IMG/VR virus record: IMGVR_UViG_3300020577_006051
Location: 1 to 26,244 of that record
Strand: one strand, 5' to 3'
From: a virus
Lineage: Duplodnaviria > Heunggongvirae > Uroviricota > Caudoviricetes
Length of the DNA stretch: 26,244 nucleotides
In this document: positions 9,651-16,407 of the stretch, in pieces
Layout: each line of letters starts with the position of its first letter
How positions within the stretch are numbered: the stretch's first letter is position 1
Position numbers and translations under genes: made by a program
The notes under the pieces: model-generated
Told to the model about the DNA's origin: nothing
Databases searched by the model: none
What the model saw: the letters and a program-made list of their open reading frames with translations, nothing else

Positions 9651-12600
9651 TATTTGGGACCTCCACCTGGCCCTAATTTAATTTTATTGTTAGAATTATT
9701 TAAACTGTTGCTTTTTGGTGCTGCAGCAGTTATATCTTTTAAGCTTTTTACTAAAGCATCAGTAAAGTTTGTTGGCATTTTTTTAAACTCTTCAACTGCG
9801 TCTTTAAAATCTTTTGCTCCACTAAACATTGTTTTGGCACTGTTTTCAAAATCTAAAGCAGATTTTGATGCAGCACTTTCAAAACTATTAACTGTATTTT
9901 TGTTTAAGTTTTTTACTAAAGCATCTATACTTTGACTTAATTTTTCAACTTGATTAGATGCGCTTTGACCATCTCTAAGATTCAATAGTGCTTTTTGTGA
10001 GGAATCTGCGCCAGATGCTGTGGCTATCCTATCTAAAGAAGATAAATCAGATAAACTTTTTCCACTTAAGGCGCCAATTGCGGCACTTTTCCCCGCTGCA
10101 CTTGCAGAAAAATTACCAGTAATTCTTGCAAGATATTGCGATGTTGTAACTCCAGCGGAACCGGCTGCATTTCCAATTTGTTGAAGTATGCCACCGTATT
10201 TTCCAATATTAGACTCCATATCATCTATAGAAATTTTACCGGACTTTATGTCGCCTAACTCTTGATCACTTATGTTTGCTTCTTTTGCATTAATATAATT
10301 TACTGCACCGCGATTAAATTCTTTGTCTTGTCTGACCTTATGAGCTTTATTAAAAGCACCTACGTTAATAGAGCCGTCATTGTTTATAAACCCTGATATA
10401 TTTAAATTAGACAACTGACGAACTATTTTCTTTCGTTGCGATTCTGTTTGGTTACCACTGTTAATTTGTTCACTTAATGCAGATAAGTCATCACTACTTA
10501 TTCCAGCAAAATTTTTAGCTTGTATACGACTAATTCCAGCTTCAGATGATATTTTTGATATTGTAAACATGTCCATAAAACTTACATCTGTACTCGTATC
10601 TCTTGATTCAAATATGTCCGCTGCAGATCTAGCGCTTCTTATAGAAGCTTCTTTGTTTGTGGCAGTAGTGTCTACATAATTAACTAAACGACTAGCTGCA
10701 CTTTTTGTAACATCTAAGCCAATAGATCCACCAACAGATTTCCTACTCATTTCTCCTGTATTTTCGACTACCATAGAAAGCGCTTTAGAATTATCTAGTG
10801 CTTTAGAAAAAGACAGTTCTAAAACTGAACCAAATGCAGCTTGCGGGTTATTACTACCAGCTTGACTTAATGTAGAAAGATTTCTCATATTTTGTTCAAT
10901 GGAGCCAAATCCAGATTTTTCTAAATTTCTGGCTGCAAAAATTTGATTAGTGTCAAAGACTGATCCCTGTTCTGCGGCCCCTTGACTTGCCATTTGCATA
11001 AAAATACTAGGATCAATGCGCGATTCGTTTATTCTGCTTAAAAGACCTCCCTTTTGTCCTGTATCAGAAGAAAATTGTCTGAGTAAGTTCTTGCCTACTG
11101 AACCACCGCCGCTTAATGCTGCAGTGCGCGCACCCATAGAATAATTATAAAAATGTTGCATTATGTCGCCGCGAACATAATTAAAAGATTCACCAAGAGC
11201 TTGAGAACCTTGAATTCCGGCTAATTTAGCGCTAGATGTAGCACTTTCATTAATTAAGTTACCTGTTGTTCCAGCTAATTGTGCCGCAGCAAGTGTTGCA
11301 CCACTTATTCCAGACTTTAAATCACTAACACCGTTAGTTCCAGCTACTGTAGCGATAGGATTTGCTTGTTGTGCTCCAGCTTTTACAGCCTGAACCGTGT
11401 TCATTGTGAGATCGACTGTTGCAGCGCCAGCATTCGCTATTAAAACATTTCTTTGATTTGAGGCAAAATTATTACCAACTTCCTGAAACTGTTGCCACAT
11501 CTCTGGGCTAGCATTAAGAAGTGATGTCATGTCACCTTTTATTGCTGAATTTCTAGTGTTGTAAAGTTGATTACTTAATTGAGCGAAAGATGCTCTATTG
11601 CTAATAGTTTGTAATGGTTGAGATATGCCAACTTCTTGTATAACGCTACCAATAGACGTTAACATGTTTTTCATCATGTTCGCAATATCGTTGCCGCTTA
11701 AACTTTTGTTAGTACCGCCGGGTCCACCTTGTCTAATTGCTTCTTTAGTTTTTTCTAAATTGTCGGCTGCATCTCTTGCTTCTTCTTTTAATTTAACTAT
11801 AGATTCAGCACTTTCACCTGATGCATTCTTTAATTTTTCTAATGCTTCTGTTACTGCGCGAGCTTGCTCAACTTCTTTTTGCTTGAGCTGGTCCAGATTC
11901 ATTGCACCAAGACCTTGACCAGATCTTAATTCCTGAGCAACTTGATTACTGAATAATGTTTTCTTTGCGTTTTGTCCTACTTCAAGCAAACGTTTATCTT
12001 GAGACTCTTCGTCTAAACCTTCAGCACGTTGTGTCTTTAAAGCATAGTCAATGCCAGCGATCTTACCAGCTATTGAACGTTTCTGACGATATTGAGCTTT
12101 GATTTCATCTAAGGTGTTAGGATCTTGACGACCTTCTTTGTCGTATAGTTGATTTTGAACTAGACCAGCTGTCTTTTGTCCAATCTTATTGATCTGACCA
12201 AGATATGCAGAACGCTCTTCTTCTAATTCTTTTTGTGAGCGACCTGCCATAGCAATACCAGTACTTTGCGTATTGTATCGTGCACCCATCTCTCTAACTT
12301 GACTAGAAACACCGCCATCAGAAAACTCACGTTCTACGGTGTTCATCGTATCGCGAATAGCACGTTCTCTAGTTAGATCACGACGAAGTTGAATGCGAGG
12401 GGCAGCGGTATTCATGAATTTACGAGAGTCAGCAATACCTTTTTTGATAATAGCAGAATTAGCGAAATCTGGATTCTCTTCTAGGAAATCACTAAGGCCT
12501 TTTTCGTTTGCAATGGCTTGCTTTAACTTAAGACGTTCTTGTGCATCAATAGCACCTTGCTGACCGTATCGACGGCCGATATTCTTGATCTTGTTTAAAC

Positions 12601-12655
12601 CTTCATCTTCTGGGATGAAGGGTCGATTTGGTCGGTTGTCTTTATCGTCAGCCAT
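9647..12655 (-). CDS. Tail tape measure protein (1002 aa)
   Basis: Long, low-aromatic, A/S/G/Q/N-rich, predicted helical; lies between chaperones and hub; TAATG overlap with the chaperone stop. No lysozyme or peptidase motif recognised. Confidence 0.8.
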   Translation of the reverse strand: MADDKDNRPNRPFIPEDEGLNKIKNIGRRYGQQGAIDAQERLKLKQAIANEKGLSDFLEENPDFANSAIIKKGIADSRKFMNTAAPRIQLRRDLTRERAIRDTMNTVEREFSDGGVSSQVREMGARYNTQSTGIAMAGRSQKELEEERSAYLGQINKIGQKTAGLVQNQLYDKEGRQDPNTLDEIKAQYRQKRSIAGKIAGIDYALKTQRAEGLDEESQDKRLLEVGQNAKKTLFSNQVAQELRSGQGLGAMNLDQLKQKEVEQARAVTEALEKLKNASGESAESIVKLKEEARDAADNLEKTKEAIRQGGPGGTNKSLSGNDIANMMKNMLTSIGSVIQEVGISQPLQTISNRASFAQLSNQLYNTRNSAIKGDMTSLLNASPEMWQQFQEVGNNFASNQRNVLIANAGAATVDLTMNTVQAVKAGAQQANPIATVAGTNGVSDLKSGISGATLAAAQLAGTTGNLINESATSSAKLAGIQGSQALGESFNYVRGDIMQHFYNYSMGARTAALSGGGSVGKNLLRQFSSDTGQKGGLLSRINESRIDPSIFMQMASQGAAEQGSVFDTNQIFAARNLEKSGFGSIEQNMRNLSTLSQAGSNNPQAAFGSVLELSFSKALDNSKALSMVVENTGEMSRKSVGGSIGLDVTKSAASRLVNYVDTTATNKEASIRSARSAADIFESRDTSTDVSFMDMFTISKISSEAGISRIQAKNFAGISSDDLSALSEQINSGNQTESQRKKIVRQLSNLNISGFINNDGSINVGAFNKAHKVRQDKEFNRGAVNYINAKEANISDQELGDIKSGKISIDDMESNIGKYGGILQQIGNAAGSAGVTTSQYLARITGNFSASAAGKSAAIGALSGKSLSDLSSLDRIATASGADSSQKALLNLRDGQSASNQVEKLSQSIDALVKNLNKNTVNSFESAASKSALDFENSAKTMFSGAKDFKDAVEEFKKMPTNFTDALVKSLKDITAAAPKSNSLNNSNNKIKLGPGGGPKY

Positions 12656-13146
12656 TACTCGTCAAATTCCATATTAAAGTCTTCACCAAAATCATCGCCG
12701 AGAAGTTCTTTTTCTTTCTTGAGCTGCTCTTCCATCCACTTAATATTCTCTTCGTCAGTTGGCTTAGAAACCTTTTCTTGTTTCTTAGCTTCTTCCTCGA
12801 GCTCTCGCTTTTCTTCGCGCTCAATCCAGCTTTCGATCTCTTTCTCTTTGTTTTCTTCTATTTTAACACTTTCTTGCTTAAGTGACTCTTCTGCAGCTTT
12901 CTGGCGCTCAATTCTGTCATAAAATTCATAGAGTAACTCCTCAAAGGAGTAACTTAATAGAACAGGGTCTTTCAGTGGTCTATTAAAAGTTTTAGACCAC
13001 CAAGACTGTAGGAATAGTGTTATTTGTTTTTCTGAATTTAGGGGAGCTCTAGCATTTTGAGCGACTATCTTTTGAATGGCGTCAATAGTTTCGCTTATTG
13101 AGCCGGTTGAGGGTTCTGAGCTTTTTTCGCTAATTCTGTTCGCCAT
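12655..13146 (-). CDS. Tail assembly chaperone, downstream (gpT-like) ORF
   Basis: Immediately upstream of the TMP; SWWSKTFNRPLKDPVLLSYSFEELLYEFY then an acidic coiled coil; overlaps the upstream chaperone by 52 nt in the -1 frame. Confidence 0.65.
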   Translation of the reverse strand: MANRISEKSSEPSTGSISETIDAIQKIVAQNARAPLNSEKQITLFLQSWWSKTFNRPLKDPVLLSYSFEELLYEFYDRIERQKAAEESLKQESVKIEENKEKEIESWIEREEKRELEEEAKKQEKVSKPTDEENIKWMEEQLKKEKELLGDDFGEDFNMEFDE

Positions 13147-13466
13147 TCGCTCTCCGCGGTTTGCACCTTAGCATAAAGTTCAGCAATAACATCTTCTTCT
13201 TTGATGTCTGCACCACCCTTACTTTGGATCCACCAGTTTGGCGCATCAGTAAGTTTTGCTCTAAGAGTAGATAATATCACGGCAATTCCCATGAGTTCAT
13301 CAGTAGGATTAACAGAGTTGCCTAATAGGCGAGATTTCTCGAGTTCGAGAGCGTGTTTTTCACCAATAGTTAATAGACACTTGACAGTAAACTGACCTTC
13401 GTAACGATTTCCGAATACGCTTCTATAGTCAAAATAGAACTGTTTTTCAATGCTTGGAAAATCCAT
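13095..13466 (-). CDS. Tail assembly chaperone, upstream (gpG-like) ORF
   Basis: 123 aa between the tube genes and the TMP; YEGQFTVKCLLT...LSTLRAKLTDAPNWW...VIAELYAKV pattern; SD-like AGGGG and a GTATAAT element upstream. Confidence 0.7.
   Translation of the reverse strand: MDFPSIEKQFYFDYRSVFGNRYEGQFTVKCLLTIGEKHALELEKSRLLGNSVNPTDELMGIAVILSTLRAKLTDAPNWWIQSKGGADIKEEDVIAELYAKVQTAESEWRTELAKKAQNPQPAQ
13122..13128 (-). other. Candidate programmed -1 ribosomal frameshift site (G AAA AAA)
   Basis: Minus strand reads TTA GCG AAA AAA GCT in the upstream ORF; a -1 slip on the A6 run enters the 12655-13146 frame (...ELAKK-SSEPSTG...). Not a perfect X XXY YYZ heptamer. Confidence 0.5.
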
Positions 13467-13492
13467 AGTTTATCCCCTAATCTATGACCTTA

Positions 13493-13499
13493 ATTATAC
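13493..13499 (-). promoter_or_regulatory. -10-type element GTATAAT upstream of the chaperone operon
   Basis: TGGTATAAT 26 nt before the ATG; extended -10 TGn; no -35. Confidence 0.55.
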
Positions 13500-13505
13500 C
13501 ACTAT

Positions 13506-14099
13506 TTAAAAAACATTAGTAATTCTATTTTTTATAGTATCTAATATACTGGAATTATCTCCAGCGCCTTTGCTTTCTTTTGGAAAAGTAGGTGGTTCTG
13601 GAAGTCGCTCATCTCTGAAACCGATTGCTTTAAAGCTGATCTGTACGTTAGCTAGATCGTCAACACGTAGATCTTCAGACCTACTGGTGATCATAGCTTT
13701 TGCAGTAAAGAATAATAGTTGATCTGATGCTACATCGCGAACTTCGATCTGAATATATTTTTGTTGCAAAAACGAAAGAACATCTGCTTGCCAAAGTTCG
13801 GTTCCTACGCTGCGACCTGGAATATGTAGACCACCAATCGTACCTTCAACTGTTACTCTTTGTGGAATAAGTTCGTAAGGAAGATAGTCATCGATCGTGT
13901 TATTTTCTGTGACAGTTGTATTGATGCGCCATGAGATTGAGAATGCAAATGCAGAGATCTTGCTATTCACTTTAAGAATACAACGAGCTCCAGACATATA
14001 CTTAGCTTGTTGTTTTGTAGAAAAAATTCCACTGATGTTACTTGCTAAGTTATCTACTACTCGTTGTCCAACGTTTGGACGGTTATTGAAGCCACTCAT
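13506..14099 (-). CDS. Tail tube paralogue 3 (most diverged)
   Basis: YMSGARCILKVNSKISAFAFSISWRI...YELIPQRVTVEGTIG aligns with the N-terminal half of the two other tube proteins. Confidence 0.7.
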   Translation of the reverse strand: MSGFNNRPNVGQRVVDNLASNISGIFSTKQQAKYMSGARCILKVNSKISAFAFSISWRINTTVTENNTIDDYLPYELIPQRVTVEGTIGGLHIPGRSVGTELWQADVLSFLQQKYIQIEVRDVASDQLLFFTAKAMITSRSEDLRVDDLANVQISFKAIGFRDERLPEPPTFPKESKGAGDNSSILDTIKNRITNVF

Positions 14100-14108
14100 C
14101 GCCTATCC

Positions 14109-14774
14109 TTAAAATTGCTGGCCAAGACCAGAGTAATCTGCAACGAATCCGTCACCATCTAAGTAGAGAGCAACGAAGTTAAAGCGTTCCTGTGCTAAAC
14201 TCTTTTTACTAAGATCAAAGTCAGCTCTAGTGATTCTTGCATTACGAATCTTAGCAATACCAACTGAATCAACATCGCTTGCTGCACCAGAACCGCCGCC
14301 AGCAAAATCTAATGCGCGAGAGATTACGTTGTTGTTCTGCGAACCGAAAGGAATTCGTTGGTAAACTTCGATATCGAAAGTAGTGCTGTTTGCAAATTTA
14401 CTAGGATCTAAAGCTTCATTTGCACGACCGTCGTTACCAATGCCGTTGCGAGCCAAGAAGTCACCAACTCCTCCGCCCCAAACTCCACCCCAGTTACCAA
14501 CGCCGTTACCTGCATCATTTGCTGCAACACCTTTAGGTGCTTTACCTTTTACACCGGCTTTTACATCTTTAGCGTAGCGAACTAATGTGAAGCTACCGGA
14601 CACAGAGTATCCAAGCGGCTCAACAGAAGAACCCTCGTACATTCCTAGAATCTTTGGGGTTTTAGTGATAACTTCAACTGAATAAGTGAAGTTGGTGCAG
14701 AAAGCTAATGTTTTACCATTAAGCTTGATCTTAACTAAAGCACCTGTAATAAAAAATGGTCTTACGCCAGACAT
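14109..14774 (-). CDS. Tail tube paralogue 2
   Basis: FITGALVKIKLNGKTLAFCTNFTYSV...EPLGYSVSGSFTLVRY...GNGVG...FDIEVYQR...IRNARITR...ERFNFVA is collinear with the 187-aa tube. Confidence 0.8.
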   Translation of the reverse strand: MSGVRPFFITGALVKIKLNGKTLAFCTNFTYSVEVITKTPKILGMYEGSSVEPLGYSVSGSFTLVRYAKDVKAGVKGKAPKGVAANDAGNGVGNWGGVWGGGVGDFLARNGIGNDGRANEALDPSKFANSTTFDIEVYQRIPFGSQNNNVISRALDFAGGGSGAASDVDSVGIAKIRNARITRADFDLSKKSLAQERFNFVALYLDGDGFVADYSGLGQQF

Positions 14775-14793
14775 ATGTTACCCTCGTAAGACC

Positions 14794-14801
14794 ATTATAA
14801 C
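14794..14801 (-). promoter_or_regulatory. -10-type element GTTATAAT upstream of tube paralogue 2
   Basis: 19 nt before the ATG, in a 41-nt intergenic gap. Confidence 0.5.
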
Positions 14802-14815
14802 TTATGAAAAGTTAA

Positions 14816-15379
14816 TTAGGTTAGATCTGTGTCGCCAGAGAACGAAGCGTCGAACGATTCGTCATCAGCTAATATACCAACAAAGCTCAAACGGTCAACT
14901 AAGATACCGCGCTTGTTTAAACCAGCACCTTTACGGTTGAAGCGGCAATCTTTGATAGTGATGAATTCAGCACCATCAGTTGTTGCAGCAGTAGCACCAG
15001 CGGCTGTAGCAGCAGCTTGTACTTTTTGGTAAACAGAGAGGTCCCAAGTTTGCGAAAGCAACAAGTTACCTGGGTTGATATGTTCGGAAGCATTGCCGCC
15101 AGTTTGGAAGTTAACTGCGCCAAGACCGTTACCAGCAGCGTTCGTGCCAGGAATGTTGTTTGTCTTTGCGATCGCTGTGTAGCGAACTACACTCAACTCA
15201 CCGCTAACAGAATAGTTAACTGGTTCGTTCGTAACTGCTTCATAACGACCCATTGTTTCCACTGGAATCGTATCAACTACCACGTTGTAGCTAACGTCGC
15301 TTGCATAAGCGAAAGTTTTGCCGCCAACTTTAATCTTTGCTGTTGCACCTGTAATAAAACTAGGCTTTTTACCTGCCAT
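14816..15379 (-). CDS. Tail tube protein (probable major tube)
   Basis: First tube-fold gene after the sheath; FITGATAKIKVGG...METMG-like VETMGRYEAVTNEPVNYSVSGELSVVRY; strong SD (GAGGAG) and the same C-ending/CGT codon style as the sheath. Confidence 0.85.
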   Translation of the reverse strand: MAGKKPSFITGATAKIKVGGKTFAYASDVSYNVVVDTIPVETMGRYEAVTNEPVNYSVSGELSVVRYTAIAKTNNIPGTNAAGNGLGAVNFQTGGNASEHINPGNLLLSQTWDLSVYQKVQAAATAAGATAATTDGAEFITIKDCRFNRKGAGLNKRGILVDRLSFVGILADDESFDASFSGDTDLT

Positions 15380-15431
15380 AAAATCTCTCCTCGCTAGTTC
15401 GGTTCTAGCTTACCATGAATTTGAACTTAGC

Positions 15432-15668
15432 TCACTGTGAGCTTGTTTTCATTATATCAGGAACTGCGTCGAACTCTGATTCAATATCGCAGTACATCTC
15501 TAAACTAACTTTTGCCAACTTATTGGGCTTGATCTCAACTTTCAAGAAGCTAATCCCCTTGATAGGTTGTCCATCTAAGGTAATATCTGCGTTAGCTCCA
15601 GATAATAAAGTTCCAGGATTTTTATTCTTGATAACTAACTTCTGAGGCTTAAAGGTGGTCTGACTCAT
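15432..15668 (-). CDS. Small beta-rich hypothetical protein (78 aa), possible partial tube-like fold
   Basis: SD AAGGAG upstream; LLSGANADITLDGQPIKGISFLKVEI resembles the tube N-terminal strands. Confidence 0.7.
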   Translation of the reverse strand: MSQTTFKPQKLVIKNKNPGTLLSGANADITLDGQPIKGISFLKVEIKPNKLAKVSLEMYCDIESEFDAVPDIMKTSSQ

Positions 15669-15717
15669 AGGTCTCTCCTTGTGGTGTTAATTTCAATATA
15701 AAATATATCACAGGTTG

Positions 15718-15724
15718 GTATAAT
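15718..15724 (+). promoter_or_regulatory. -10-type element GTATAAT upstream of the antisense HNH
   Basis: TGGTATAAT 29 nt before the ATG. Confidence 0.5.
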
Positions 15725-15753
15725 AAAAATGTTAATTTGTTGAGGGTATCTAA

Positions 15754-16407
15754 ATGGATAAAAAATGTACTAAGTGTTTACAATTTAAAGATTTATCTTT
15801 ATTTCATAAAGAAATTAAAGGTAAATATGGTGTTAAATCGCGATGTGTTAAATGTGTTACTGAGGTTTCACAAAATTGGAAAGCAAATAATCAAGAAAAA
15901 GAAAAACAGAGTCGTAAAAAGTGGAACATGAACAATAAAGAAAAGCATAAAGAATCGACTTATTTGTGGAGAAAAAATAACAAACAATATCATTCTGAAT
16001 ATGTTGCAGAGTATCAAAAAGAAAGAAAACTAAAAGAACCACAATTTAAATTTTTATCCAATATGAGATCTTTGCTTTACAATCACTTAGTTCGTAAAAA
16101 TTTAAAGAAACATAAAAAATTAGAACTGTATTTGGGTTGCGATTTTGAAAGTTTTAAAAATAAAATTGAATTACAGTTTACAAAAGAAATGACTTGGGAT
16201 AATTATGGTAAATATTGGTCAATAGATCATATTTGTCCATGTGATCAAGCACAAAATGAAGAAGAATTAATTAAGCTTCAAAATTATATTAACTTAATGC
16301 CAGTAAAGTCTTATGGAGAAGGTGGAAATTTTCAAAAAAGCAATAAAAAAGTCCCAGAAGGTGAACAACTATGTATTCAACTTCTGGGACGAAATTGGAT
16401 CGATTAA
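15754..16407 (+). CDS. Free-standing HNH homing endonuclease with N-terminal zinc finger (antisense to tail genes)
   Basis: KKCTKC...F...K.G..SRCVKC zinc finger; LGCDFESFKNKIELQF...MTWDNYG..WSIDHICP...NLMP...N HNH region; very AT-rich; own GTATAAT and GAGG SD. Confidence 0.85.
   Translation: MDKKCTKCLQFKDLSLFHKEIKGKYGVKSRCVKCVTEVSQNWKANNQEKEKQSRKKWNMNNKEKHKESTYLWRKNNKQYHSEYVAEYQKERKLKEPQFKFLSNMRSLLYNHLVRKNLKKHKKLELYLGCDFESFKNKIELQFTKEMTWDNYGKYWSIDHICPCDQAQNEEELIKLQNYINLMPVKSYGEGGNFQKSNKKVPEGEQLCIQLLGRNWID

Noticed and set aside
15393-15443. Two small inverted repeats before the tube gene (GCTAG-7-CTAGC and AGCTCAC-T-GTGAGCT)
   Set aside because: Stems of 5-7 bp without a U-tract in the sense direction; cannot be called terminators or operators from this alone.
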